Assembly: GCA_018647945.1 (NCBI GenBank)
Contig: JABGSE010000083.1
Span: 2,638-66,637 of the forward strand
Origin: Flavobacteriales bacterium
GTDB taxonomy: Bacteria > Bacteroidota > Bacteroidia > Flavobacteriales > BACL11
Reading direction: 5' to 3'
DNA length: 64,000 nt
Made by a program: the position numbers and the translations under genes. The notes beneath the pieces are model-generated. The model did not search any database. It had not been told where the DNA came from and was given only the letters and a program-made list of their open reading frames with translations. Of the stretch, positions 39,845 to 49,649 are shown piece after piece. Position 1 is the stretch's first letter; every line of letters begins with the position of its first letter.

Positions 39845-41250
39845 AAATAATATTGATTTTTATTCCATTTATTTCTTTATCTCAAGAAGTAAAAATAGAA
39901 CATTTGACTAAAAATATAAATACAGTTGGAGCGGAATTAAACTTTGTACAAACAAATGAAAATACGGCTTTTTACACCTCCTCTACTTTAGAGGAAGGAG
40001 AATACCAATCCTTAATTTTCCGAACAAAACTAGAAAATGGAGAATGGAAAAAAGGAAGATATGATTATTTAGGAAAAGCATATTCTTATGCAAATATCTC
40101 TTATCTGAAAGAGGAACGTTATATTTATTATAGTGTAATTGATAAATTTGGGAATAGTAAAATTGCTATTAGAGACTATAAAAAACCTGTTACTCAATTT
40201 TTGAATAATAAAATAAATTTACCCTATTCTGTAAATACACAAGCTCATAAAACTGCTTATAATGGTAAAAGTGTTTTGTATTTTGTTTCCGACCGAAAGG
40301 GTGGTTTTGGAGGAATGGATATTTGGTTTTCTGTAGTGGATAAGTTTGGAAATTATGGAGAACCTATAAATGCAGGAGAAAGAGTAAATACTAAACACAA
40401 TGAAATAACTCCTTTTTATAATCTCTGGAGAGGAGAACTTTTTTATAGTTCGGATAGAGATCTAAAAGAAAATGGAATTGATATTTATAAAGCGAGTGGG
40501 AGTTTAAATTTATGGCATAAATCAGAAAAAGTAAAAGAATTAAACTCCAAAGAAGACGATTTATATTTGAGTTTTTATGATGAATATTCTGGATATTTTT
40601 CTTCTAACAGAAGTCCCTCACTTTTTGAAAATGAAGAAAATTGTTGCAACGATATTTTCTCTTTTCAATATCTAAAAAAGGATACCCTAATTTTAACTTT
40701 TAACGACACTATAAAGAAACATTTACCAATAAAATTATATTTTCATAATGATGAACCCGACCCAAGAACTACAAAAACAACTACATCAAAAACATATAAA
40801 GACTCCTATGTTTCCTATTATATTTTGAAAGAGGAATATTTGAAAGGAAATCCAAATATTGAAATAGAAAACTTTTTTGAATTAACTTTAAAAGGAAATT
40901 ATAATAAGCTAAATTCTACATTAAGTTATGTTCTACAATCTTTAAAAAACGGGGGTAAAATGGAGTTACATATAAAAGGATTTGCAAGCCCTCTACACGA
41001 AAAACAATACAATATTAATCTATCCAAAAGAAGAATTTCTTCCTTTATCAATCTGATAAACACCTTTGAAAACGGAGAACTAAAATCATATTTAGAAATT
41101 GGAAATTTGAAAATTATAGAATTTCCATATGGAGAAAAACAATCTCAGAAAAATGTAAGTGATAACCCAAAAGACCGAAAAAAATCGGTTTATAGTAAAG
41201 AATCCATGCTAGAAAGAAAAATAGAAATTGTAGAAATTATAGAATTATAA
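39826..41250 (+). CDS. PD40/TolB-like repeat protein with a degenerate OmpA-like C-terminal domain
   Basis: Signal peptide ...FISLS|QEV and PD40-like units (VLYFVSDRKGGFGGMDIWFS; ELFYSSDR). The C-terminus is KGFASP...NINLSKRRISS. It is the third member of the usual cargo/PorP/OmpA trio. Confidence 0.55.
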   Translation: MPKILVKIILIFIPFISLSQEVKIEHLTKNINTVGAELNFVQTNENTAFYTSSTLEEGEYQSLIFRTKLENGEWKKGRYDYLGKAYSYANISYLKEERYIYYSVIDKFGNSKIAIRDYKKPVTQFLNNKINLPYSVNTQAHKTAYNGKSVLYFVSDRKGGFGGMDIWFSVVDKFGNYGEPINAGERVNTKHNEITPFYNLWRGELFYSSDRDLKENGIDIYKASGSLNLWHKSEKVKELNSKEDDLYLSFYDEYSGYFSSNRSPSLFENEENCCNDIFSFQYLKKDTLILTFNDTIKKHLPIKLYFHNDEPDPRTTKTTTSKTYKDSYVSYYILKEEYLKGNPNIEIENFFELTLKGNYNKLNSTLSYVLQSLKNGGKMELHIKGFASPLHEKQYNINLSKRRISSFINLINTFENGELKSYLEIGNLKIIEFPYGEKQSQKNVSDNPKDRKKSVYSKESMLERKIEIVEIIEL

Positions 41251-41846
41251 TTTACAATAAATAAGGTCTGGAAAATACAACCTAATAAAAATCCAGCATA
41301 CACTTGTGATGTGTTATGTGCTTTTTGATCCAAACGAGCAAAAGCCAGTAATCCTGAAAGGAACAAAAACAAAATAACCCAAAAATACATCCCTCCAAAA
41401 ATATAATTTAAGGCAATAAAACTTCCTGTTGATCCTCCAATTCCTAACATGTGTAAACTTATTTTCCATTTTTTAGTTATCAAAAATGCGATAATTAAAA
41501 TGAATACAGAAGAAAGATATATAGAAGTTAAATAAGGGGATAACTGAGAAATATTTTTAAAAAAAGAATATCCAATTATCATTATAATTATGGAAATAAA
41601 AATTGGTCTATTTCTTTCTTCTTTGGTTTTCATTTCTAATGATTCTACTTTCTTAAATTGCAAGAATAATACAGATGAAATTAATGGCAAAAGCATTGTA
41701 AAAACTGTAATAATAATATAAAGTGGTCTTGTATAATTAGAAAAAATAATCTGAAAATATTCTACATAGTTTAATGAAATGTAAATCACAATAATCGGCA
41801 TAAAAATAGGATGTAAAACATAAGAAAGTACTTTTGAAATCTTCAT
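41190..41846 (-). CDS. PAP2-superfamily-like multi-pass membrane protein
   Basis: Six hydrophobic helices and PAP2-like motifs: K-x6-RP (KTKEERNRP), S-x-H (ISLHMLG), R-x5-H (RLDQKAHNTSQ). Its start overlaps the rpoN stop as TAATG. Confidence 0.45.
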   Translation of the reverse strand: MKISKVLSYVLHPIFMPIIVIYISLNYVEYFQIIFSNYTRPLYIIITVFTMLLPLISSVLFLQFKKVESLEMKTKEERNRPIFISIIIMIIGYSFFKNISQLSPYLTSIYLSSVFILIIAFLITKKWKISLHMLGIGGSTGSFIALNYIFGGMYFWVILFLFLSGLLAFARLDQKAHNTSQVYAGFLLGCIFQTLFIVNYNSIISTISIFLSSMDSLL

Positions 41847-43198
41847 TATAATTCCCTGCGGTATTTTGAGGTTTGAATTCCTAATCCTTCTCTATATTTC
41901 GCTACTGTTCTTCTGGCAATATGATATTCATTTTCCCCTAAAAGCTCTGCAAGTTTTACGTCTGTATAAGGATGTTTTTTGTCTTCCATTTCAATAATTT
42001 CCTTCAACCTACTTTTTATTACTTTAGTTGAAATTAATTCTCCATTATCTTTTCTGTAGGCTTCCGAAAATAAATCTTTTAAAAGAAAAGTACCAAAAAA
42101 AGTCTGAGCATATTTACTATTTGTAACCCGAGAAATAGTAGAAATATTCATATTTACAATATTAGCAATGTCAGCCAAAATCATTGGTTTTAACTCCTCA
42201 TCCTCACCTGATAAAAAATATTTTTCCTGAAAATTTACAATTGCATTCATCACATTTAATAAAGTTTCTTCCCTTTGTAAAATTGCATTTTTAAACCAAT
42301 TAGCAGATTCAATTTTCTGTTTTAAAAACTCTTTTGCTGCTACATCTAAAGCTCCCTCAATCATTTTTTTATAAGAAGCGCTAACTTTTAATTCTTTACC
42401 ACTTCTTTTTGTGAGAGTAACGATATTTTTCTCCTCTAAAATAGTTACTAAAAAATCTGGTGTAACATAAGATGCTGTGGCCGTTTTGATGAAATTAGAA
42501 GCAGGAAAAGGATTTAGTTTTTCTACCAATTCATACACCTCTTTCAGTTGCATTTCCGAGATTTCTAACTCTCTTATTAACCCTTCAAAATTCTTTTTAC
42601 TAAATCGTTCGTACTGATTTTCTAAAACTAGAATAGAAAGTTCCACTAATTCATTTTGTTCTTTGTTTTTAAGTTGAATTAACAAACATTCTTGTAAATT
42701 CCTAGCTCCAACACCAAGGGGTTCTAAAGTCTGAATTACAGATAAATATTTCTCAATCTCTTGTTCCGAAAATTCTAAATTTAAGTTAATGAGTAAATCA
42801 TCTGAAATAGAAAACAGTTCTCTATTTATCCACCCATTATTATCCAAACTATCGATTAAATATTCGGTAAGAAACAAATCATCTTCCCGTAAATTAAGAA
42901 GTAATAATTGTTTTTTTAGATGATCGGACAAGCTTTCTTCTGAGTTTGAAATTTGAACTTCCGTAAAATCAGGAGTATTATTTTGTCGGTATTTATATGA
43001 ATTCGGATTGTCTTCCTCTAATTCATCTAAAGAAATATCTTCTGAATTTTCTCCTTCTTCTAAAGCAGGATTATCTTCTAATTCATCTTGTATTCTGCTA
43101 TTTAATGACGCTAAAGGAATTTGCAACAAACTTAAAAACTGAATCTGTTGTGGTGACAGATTAAATCCTAATTTTTGTTGTAATTTCTGTTTTTGCAT
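41846..43198 (-). CDS. rpoN: RNA polymerase sigma-54 factor
   Basis: N-terminal Q/L-rich region, acidic region and the RpoN box ARRTVAKYR. Confidence 0.95.
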   Translation of the reverse strand: MQKQKLQQKLGFNLSPQQIQFLSLLQIPLASLNSRIQDELEDNPALEEGENSEDISLDELEEDNPNSYKYRQNNTPDFTEVQISNSEESLSDHLKKQLLLLNLREDDLFLTEYLIDSLDNNGWINRELFSISDDLLINLNLEFSEQEIEKYLSVIQTLEPLGVGARNLQECLLIQLKNKEQNELVELSILVLENQYERFSKKNFEGLIRELEISEMQLKEVYELVEKLNPFPASNFIKTATASYVTPDFLVTILEEKNIVTLTKRSGKELKVSASYKKMIEGALDVAAKEFLKQKIESANWFKNAILQREETLLNVMNAIVNFQEKYFLSGEDEELKPMILADIANIVNMNISTISRVTNSKYAQTFFGTFLLKDLFSEAYRKDNGELISTKVIKSRLKEIIEMEDKKHPYTDVKLAELLGENEYHIARRTVAKYREGLGIQTSKYRREL

Positions 43199-43201
43199 CT
43201 A

Positions 43202-44632
43202 TTAGAAATCAGCATTTTGAGGTGTTCGTGGGAAAGGAATTACATCTCTAATATTTTTCATTCCTGTAACAAACATTATTAATCTTTCGAAACCTAAACC
43301 AAATCCAGAATGAATACATGTTCCAAATTTTCTGGTTTCTAAATACCACCAAAGTTCTTCTTTTTCAACTCCCATTTCTTCCATTCTTTGTGATAGTTTT
43401 TCTAGATCTTCTTCTCTTTGCGATCCACCCACAATCTCTCCAATAAGAGGAAATAATATATCCATAGCTCTTACTGTTTTACCATCTTCATTTTGTTTCA
43501 TATAAAAAGCTTTTATCCCTTTCGGATAATCTGTAATAATTACTGGTTTTTTGAACTTCTTTTCCACTAGATATCTTTCGTGTTCTGATTGTAAATCATC
43601 TCCAAATCCTTCAATAATGTAGTTAAATTTCTTCTTTTTATTTGGTTTAGAATTTCTTAAAATATCAATAGCCTCTATATAAGTTAATCTTTCAAAATCA
43701 TTTTCAATTACAAACTGAAGTCTTTCCAAAAGCCCCATTTCATGTTTTTCTTCCTTCTTTAGATTCTTTTCTTCTTCAACTAATCTATTATCTAAAAACC
43801 TTAAATCGTCTGCACAATTTGTTATACAATACTGAATACAATATTTTAAAAATTCCTCTGCCAAATCCATATTTTCTTCTAAATCTGCAAAAGCAACTTC
43901 TGGCTCTATCATCCAGAATTCAGATAAATGGCGGGAAGTATTTGAATTTTCAGATCTAAAAGTTGGCCCAAAGGTATAAACTTGACCTAAAGCAAGAGCT
44001 GCTAATTCTGCTTCTAACTGACCTGAAACTGTAAGGTTTGTTTTACTACCAAAAAAATCTGTTGTATAATCTACTTCTGGACCAATGTTCTCTAAATCCA
44101 AAGTAGTTACCTGAAACATTTCTCCCGCTCCTTCTGCGTCTACCCCGGTAATTATAGGAGAATGTATACTTGAAAATCCTTTATCATTAAAAAACTTATG
44201 TACCGCAAAAGTAAGTGCATGTCTTAATCTAAAAACTGCTGAAAAGGTATTTGTTCTGAATCTTAAATGAGCTTTTTCTCTTAAGAATTCTAAGGAATGT
44301 TTTTTTGGTTGTAAGGGATATTCATCTGCATCTGCTTCTCCCAAAATTTCAATTGCAGCTGCTAATATTTCAATATTTTGCTGCCCTCCTTTTGATGCTA
44401 CTAAGATGCCAATAACGGAAATAGCTGATCCGGTGGTAATCTTTTTTAAAATTTTATCATCAAAATGATCTCCCTCTGCAACAACTTGTATATTATTAAT
44501 TGTTGAACCATCATTTAAAGCAATAAAAGAAACATTTTTACTTCCTCTACGTGTTCTGACCCAACCTTTAACACAAATTTCTTGTCCTATTGCTTTTTCT
44601 GCTAATAATCTTTTAACTTTTGTTCTTTTCAT
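43202..44632 (-). CDS. asnS: asparagine--tRNA ligase
   Basis: OB-fold N-domain and class II motifs ([28 protein letters not shown]). Confidence 0.95.
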   Translation of the reverse strand: MKRTKVKRLLAEKAIGQEICVKGWVRTRRGSKNVSFIALNDGSTINNIQVVAEGDHFDDKILKKITTGSAISVIGILVASKGGQQNIEILAAAIEILGEADADEYPLQPKKHSLEFLREKAHLRFRTNTFSAVFRLRHALTFAVHKFFNDKGFSSIHSPIITGVDAEGAGEMFQVTTLDLENIGPEVDYTTDFFGSKTNLTVSGQLEAELAALALGQVYTFGPTFRSENSNTSRHLSEFWMIEPEVAFADLEENMDLAEEFLKYCIQYCITNCADDLRFLDNRLVEEEKNLKKEEKHEMGLLERLQFVIENDFERLTYIEAIDILRNSKPNKKKKFNYIIEGFGDDLQSEHERYLVEKKFKKPVIITDYPKGIKAFYMKQNEDGKTVRAMDILFPLIGEIVGGSQREEDLEKLSQRMEEMGVEKEELWWYLETRKFGTCIHSGFGLGFERLIMFVTGMKNIRDVIPFPRTPQNADF

Positions 44633-44641
44633 CTTTTATTT

Positions 44642-45688
44642 CTATTCTCTTAAATTCAAAGTTACTTTACTATGACTATGGTACATCTTTTTATTTTCTA
44701 TTCCTTTTCTTAATTTCAATCTTTCTTCTTTTGAAAGGTTTATAACCTCTATGCATTCTACTGAACAGCAATTTTTATGTTTTTCTTGGCAAGATAGACA
44801 CTGTAAAAATAATAGATTGCAATTCTCATTCTTACAGTTTACATGCGTATCACAAGGATCGTCACATTGATGACAACTACTAATTACATCATCCGAAATA
44901 CGCTCTCCTCTCCTCTCGTCAAATACAAAGTTTTTACCTTCAAACTTATTTTCTAAACTTTCGTCCTTATTCAACTGACGAACATAATCAATTATCCCTC
45001 CATGTAATTGACTTACATTTTCAAAACCATAATGTTTTAAATAAGCAGAAGTTTTCTCACACCTTATTCCTCCTGTGCAATATAATAAAACCTCTTCTTT
45101 TTCTTTTCCTTTCAATAAATCTTTTACCACAGGAAGTTCTTCCTTAAATGTTTCTACATCTGGACAAATTGCATCTTTAAATTTTCCTATTTCACTTTCA
45201 TAGTGATTTCTCATATCCACCACAGTTGCTCCATTATTTATAGACTCATTCCATTGTTTCGCAGAAAGATGTTTCCCTACATTGGTAACATCATAATCTT
45301 CAATTGATAAACCATCTGAAACAATTTGTTTTCTGATTTTTATAGTTAATTTAAAAAAGGATTTCCCATCATCTTCCACCGCAATTTTAAATGGCGTATC
45401 TTTAAAAAATGAAAATGAATTAACATTCTGAATAAAATCTTTCCAATTATGTTCCGGCACACTTAACTGAGCATTTATCCCTTCATCTGCAAGATATATT
45501 CTACCTAAAACACCTAAATCATTCCACTTATTATAAAGCTCGTCTCTCAAATCCAATAGATTAGCCAAAAGAATATATTTATAAAAAGAAACCGTGACTC
45601 TCTTAAAAGTTTCTTTTTCTAGCAAAGCCACGCACTGCTCTTTACTCAATTTATTAAACATATTTTTTTTACCTGCGTTCGGGTCCAT
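44642..45688 (-). CDS. trhO: rhodanese-domain tRNA uridine(34) hydroxylase (UPF0176/TrhO family)
   Basis: Rhodanese active-site loop YCTGGIRCE and a Cys-rich C-terminal tail. Confidence 0.8.
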   Translation of the reverse strand: MDPNAGKKNMFNKLSKEQCVALLEKETFKRVTVSFYKYILLANLLDLRDELYNKWNDLGVLGRIYLADEGINAQLSVPEHNWKDFIQNVNSFSFFKDTPFKIAVEDDGKSFFKLTIKIRKQIVSDGLSIEDYDVTNVGKHLSAKQWNESINNGATVVDMRNHYESEIGKFKDAICPDVETFKEELPVVKDLLKGKEKEEVLLYCTGGIRCEKTSAYLKHYGFENVSQLHGGIIDYVRQLNKDESLENKFEGKNFVFDERRGERISDDVISSCHQCDDPCDTHVNCKNENCNLLFLQCLSCQEKHKNCCSVECIEVINLSKEERLKLRKGIENKKMYHSHSKVTLNLRE

Positions 45689-45708
45689 CTTATTGTTTTT
45701 ATCAATTG

Positions 45709-45716
45709 CAAAGATA
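45709..45716 (-). promoter_or_regulatory. -7 promoter box for the trhO-asnS-rpoN operon
   Basis: Reverse complement is TATCTTTG, 20 nt upstream of the ATG at 45688. Confidence 0.4.
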
Positions 45717-45773
45717 TAAAAACTATGATTTGTATTGATTAGGATTTTTAACTAAAAATTTGAGCTTAAATGT

Positions 45774-45781
45774 TATATTTG
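45774..45781 (+). promoter_or_regulatory. -7 promoter box for tdh-cysS
   Basis: TATATTTG, 16 nt upstream of the ATG at 45798. Confidence 0.45.
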
Positions 45782-45797
45782 TGCCAAATATTTACAG

Positions 45798-46757
45798 ATG
45801 ACAGAAAGGATATTAATAATAGGTTCGTCAGGTCAAATTGGGACTGAATTGGTGATGAAATTAAGGAATATGTACGGAAATGATAATGTTATTGCTTCAG
45901 ATATTCGTCCTTCATCTGAGCAGATAATGCAATCCGGTCCGTTTGAAAAGATGGATATAATGGACGAGCAATTATTAAGATCTATTGTAAAAAAATACAC
46001 TGTAACGCAAGTATATTTGTTAGCTGCACTCCTTTCTGCAACTGCCGAGCAAAACATAGAATTAGGGTGGAGTTTAAATATGCGTTCCCATTCTCATGTA
46101 TTGGATTTGGCAAAAGACGGACTCATTAAAAAGATTTTTTGGCCCTCTTCTATTGCGGTTTTTGGACCAACAACTCCAATGGAAAATACTCCACAATATA
46201 CGGTAATGGAACCCAATACTGTTTACGGAATTACCAAACAAGCAGGCGAAAGATGGAATGAATACTATTTCAATAAATTTGGAGTAGATGTAAGAAGTAT
46301 TCGTTATCCAGGATTGATAGGATGGAAATCTAGCCCGGGTGGTGGTACTACCGATTATGCGGTTGATATTTTTCACCAAGCTATTCAGCATGGGAAATAT
46401 GAAAGTTTCTTATCCAAAAATACAGGACTGCCAATGATGTATATGCCAGATGCAATAAGAGCAACTATTGAACTAATGGAAGCTCCTGCAGAACAAGTGA
46501 AAATTCGTTCTTCTTATAATTTGGCAGGAGTAAGCTTTACTCCAAAACAGATTGCTGAAAAAGTTTCAAAACATATTCCTAATTTTGAAATGTCTTATAA
46601 GCCAGATTTCAGACAAGAAATTGCTGACTCATGGCCTTCTTCAATTAATGACACACATGCTCAAAATGACTGGGGATGGAAATTAGAATATGATTTAGAA
46701 AAAATGACTTCAGATATGATGAAGAACCTGAAAGAACAATATAAAATTACAGCATAA
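45798..46757 (+). CDS. tdh: SDR/epimerase-fold L-threonine 3-dehydrogenase-like NAD-dependent enzyme
   Basis: [14 protein letters not shown] Rossmann motif and YGITKQAGE (YxxxK). The length and N-terminus match short-chain TDHs as I recall them. Confidence 0.65.
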   Translation: MTERILIIGSSGQIGTELVMKLRNMYGNDNVIASDIRPSSEQIMQSGPFEKMDIMDEQLLRSIVKKYTVTQVYLLAALLSATAEQNIELGWSLNMRSHSHVLDLAKDGLIKKIFWPSSIAVFGPTTPMENTPQYTVMEPNTVYGITKQAGERWNEYYFNKFGVDVRSIRYPGLIGWKSSPGGGTTDYAVDIFHQAIQHGKYESFLSKNTGLPMMYMPDAIRATIELMEAPAEQVKIRSSYNLAGVSFTPKQIAEKVSKHIPNFEMSYKPDFRQEIADSWPSSINDTHAQNDWGWKLEYDLEKMTSDMMKNLKEQYKITA

Positions 46758-48223
46758 TGAGCAGAAAAATACAGGTATACAATACCCTTACACGAAAGAA
46801 GGAAATCTTTAAACCAATAGTAGAAAACCATGTAGGGATGTATGTTTGCGGACCTACTGTTTATGGAGATCCTCACCTGGGTCACGCTCGCCCATCAATT
46901 ACTTTTGATGTAGTTTTCAGATACCTAAAGCATTCGGACTACAAAGTAAGGTATGTTAGAAATATAACGGATGCGGGACATCTTGAAAATGATGCAGATG
47001 AAGCAGAAGATAAAATTGCTAAAAAAGCGAGATTAGAACAATTAGAACCTATGGAGATTGTTCAGTTTTACACCATAAGTTATCATAAAGCAATGGACGC
47101 TTTAAATTGTTTACCTCCCTCAATTGAACCAAGAGCAACTGGCCATATTATTGAGCAAATTGAAATGGTGAAGAAGATTCTTGAAAATGGTTTTGCCTAC
47201 GAAATAAATGGTTCTGTATATTTAGATGTAAATAAATACAATGAAAAATATCCATATGGTATTTTATCTGGGAGAAATATAGAAGATACTTTAGAAGGAA
47301 CTCGTGAGCTAGACGGACAGTCGGAAAAGAAAAGTTCAGTTGATTTTGCTATTTGGAAAAATGCAAATCCTGAACATATAATGAGATGGACTTCACCTTG
47401 GGGAGAAGGATTCCCTGGTTGGCACATGGAATGCTCGGCAATGGGAGAAAAATATTTAGGGAAAAATTTTGATATTCATGGTGGAGGAATGGACTTGGTA
47501 TTTCCTCATCATGAAGCAGAAATTGCACAAAGCAATGCATGTAATGATTGTAGTCCCGTAAACTATTGGATGCATAACAACATGATTACAGTAGATGGAA
47601 AAAAAATGGGGAAATCCCTCGGAAACTTTATTAATTTAGAAGAGTTCTTTAATGGTTCTCATGCAAAATTAGATAGAGCGTATAACCCAATGACAATTCG
47701 TTTTTTCATCTTACAAGCACATTATAGAAGTACGATTGATTTTGGGAATGAAGCACTTCAAGCAGCTGAAAAAGGATTTAATAAACTAATCACTGCTATG
47801 GAAACTTTACAGTCACTTACTCCTTCCGATAGATCAACTTATAATGTAAATGAGTTAGAAGAAAAATGCTATACTGCAATGGATGATGACTTTAATACTC
47901 CAATTTTAATTGCACATTTATTTGATGGAGTTAGAATTATTAACTCAGTAAAAGATGGAAAAGAGAGTTTAAATACAACTGATTTATCAAAAATGAAAAA
48001 TTTATTTTTATCTTTTGTTACTGATATATTAGGTCTTATTTCTTCTAAAGAAAGTAATGGAAACAACCTTACAAATGAAGTGATGGAGCTAGTTTTGAAG
48101 CTAAGAGGAAATGCAAAAAAGAACAAAGATTTTAAGACTGCTGATTTGATTCGTGATGAATTAGATAAAGTTGGAATACAAGTAAAAGATAGTAGAGAAG
48201 GAAGCAATTGGGAGATTAAATAA
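46757..48223 (+). CDS. cysS: cysteine--tRNA ligase
   Basis: Motifs HLGHAR (HIGH), GWHMEC and KMGKS. Confidence 0.97.
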   Translation: MSRKIQVYNTLTRKKEIFKPIVENHVGMYVCGPTVYGDPHLGHARPSITFDVVFRYLKHSDYKVRYVRNITDAGHLENDADEAEDKIAKKARLEQLEPMEIVQFYTISYHKAMDALNCLPPSIEPRATGHIIEQIEMVKKILENGFAYEINGSVYLDVNKYNEKYPYGILSGRNIEDTLEGTRELDGQSEKKSSVDFAIWKNANPEHIMRWTSPWGEGFPGWHMECSAMGEKYLGKNFDIHGGGMDLVFPHHEAEIAQSNACNDCSPVNYWMHNNMITVDGKKMGKSLGNFINLEEFFNGSHAKLDRAYNPMTIRFFILQAHYRSTIDFGNEALQAAEKGFNKLITAMETLQSLTPSDRSTYNVNELEEKCYTAMDDDFNTPILIAHLFDGVRIINSVKDGKESLNTTDLSKMKNLFLSFVTDILGLISSKESNGNNLTNEVMELVLKLRGNAKKNKDFKTADLIRDELDKVGIQVKDSREGSNWEIK

Positions 48224-49213
48224 ATGATAAAATTTAGATATACAATATTAGTTGTTATTACAATCATTTTATTTGCTTGCACAAGCGATCCTGAACAAAC
48301 TCAAGAAATCACACCAAAAAAGCAAAAAGTAAAAGTTGACGTCCCTATTTTTAATGCAGATTCGGCTTATTATTTTGTAGAAAAACAAGTGAGTTTTGGG
48401 CCAAGAGTAATCAGTAGTAAAGGATGGAAGAATTGTGCCATTTGGTTAGAAAAAAAAATGAAAACTTACACACCAAATGTAATCATTCAAGAAGCTCTTA
48501 TTACAACTTATGATGGGAAAAATCATACCTTAAAAAATATTATTGCCACTTTTTCTCCTGAAAAAAATAATAGAATTGCCCTTTTTGCACATTGGGATTC
48601 TCGCCACATTGCTGACCATGATACAGAAAATAAAGATTCTCCAATACTTGGAGCAAATGATGGAGGAAGTGGAGTTGGAGTTCTTTTAGAAATGGCCCGT
48701 CAGTTTAGTTTAAAAAACCCAAAAATTGGAGTGGATATTATTTTGTTTGATGCAGAAGATTACGGACAGCCAGAAAATTCAGGATACCCAACTATGCAAG
48801 ATTCTTGGTGTTTAGGGTCTCAACATTGGAGTGGAAAACCACATAAAATAAATTATTATGCAAAATATGGTATTTTACTAGATATGGTTGGAGGAGTAGA
48901 TGCGACTTTTTATAGGGAAGGATATTCTATGAAAAGAGCCCCTGATATTGTAGAAAAAGTATGGAATACCGCTAATAATTCAGGATTTGGAAATCATTTT
49001 GTGTACCAAAATAGTCCTGACATTTTGGACGACCATGTTTATGTAAATTATGTGTTAGGAATACCAACAATTGATATTATTGAGTACGACCCAAGAAGTA
49101 AGAATAACTTTAACAAACATTGGCACACACATAAAGATGATATGAATAATATTGATAGAGAAACATTAAATGCAATTGGGCAAACTTTATTGGAAGTTGT
49201 TTATAGGGAGTAA
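48224..49213 (+). CDS. M28-fold glutaminyl-peptide cyclotransferase-like lipoprotein
   Basis: Lipobox ILFAC. Motifs FAHWDSRHIA, GANDGGSGVGVLLEMAR and ILFDAEDYG resemble the animal-type glutaminyl cyclases of Bacteroidota. Confidence 0.65.
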   Translation: MIKFRYTILVVITIILFACTSDPEQTQEITPKKQKVKVDVPIFNADSAYYFVEKQVSFGPRVISSKGWKNCAIWLEKKMKTYTPNVIIQEALITTYDGKNHTLKNIIATFSPEKNNRIALFAHWDSRHIADHDTENKDSPILGANDGGSGVGVLLEMARQFSLKNPKIGVDIILFDAEDYGQPENSGYPTMQDSWCLGSQHWSGKPHKINYYAKYGILLDMVGGVDATFYREGYSMKRAPDIVEKVWNTANNSGFGNHFVYQNSPDILDDHVYVNYVLGIPTIDIIEYDPRSKNNFNKHWHTHKDDMNNIDRETLNAIGQTLLEVVYRE

Positions 49214-49238
49214 GGGTTCGAATCCTGCTACCCCGACA
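49214..49238 (+). other. orphan tRNA 3'-end fragment (T-arm plus acceptor strand), possible integration scar
   Basis: GGGTTCGAATCCTGCTACCCCGACA contains the canonical GGTTCGAATCC T-loop and a 7-nt acceptor-like strand. There is no matching 5' half upstream. Confidence 0.5.
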
Positions 49239-49649
49239 TTATTCCTCCCCACAACCCTGTATATATAGTATTTCAAAATCGGTAACTATAAGTGTGGTTT
49301 GTTTTGTTACTATTTCTTTTTTAAGGCGTCCTGTCATTTTGCATTCCATTGGGAAGTATTCCATTTCAGTTATTGAAAGGTAAAGTTCAACTAATTCTTC
49401 TATATTCTCATTTGTAAATTCTAAATTCCATTCTTCCAAACTTTCCTCATCTTTAAAAATATGGTGTCCTTCACCATATACCCACCAACCCGTATATTCT
49501 TTTTCTTCTGTGTTTTCTACAATAATTTTTACCCCTCTTTCGTCTGATAAATTATCCTTTTCTGTACTTACTTTTATCTGAAGAGTACATGATGATATCC
49601 CAAAGAAAATTAGTAATATAAATATTGTATTTTGTAAACTTATTTTCAT
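49239..49649 (-). CDS. hypothetical lipoprotein (136 aa)
   Basis: Lipobox GISSC. No family recognised. Its start overlaps the nadD stop by 4 nt. Confidence 0.45.
   Translation of the reverse strand: MKISLQNTIFILLIFFGISSCTLQIKVSTEKDNLSDERGVKIIVENTEEKEYTGWWVYGEGHHIFKDEESLEEWNLEFTNENIEELVELYLSITEMEYFPMECKMTGRLKKEIVTKQTTLIVTDFEILYIQGCGEE

Noticed and set aside
46074-46391. Long antisense ORFs (46074..46391, 47869..48282, 26959..27294, 24456..24770, 11480..11785)
   Set aside because: Each lies fully inside, or antisense to, a confidently identified conserved gene (tdh, cysS, rpmF/plsX, pepA, OmpA-family). They are compositionally odd (Ser/Phe/Ile-rich) and are shadow ORFs.
47420-47434. Sigma-54-like -24/-12 element TGGCAC-N5-ATGC
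   Set aside because: It lies inside cysS, where it encodes the conserved PGWHMEC motif. The -12 element is imperfect and no gene start is nearby.
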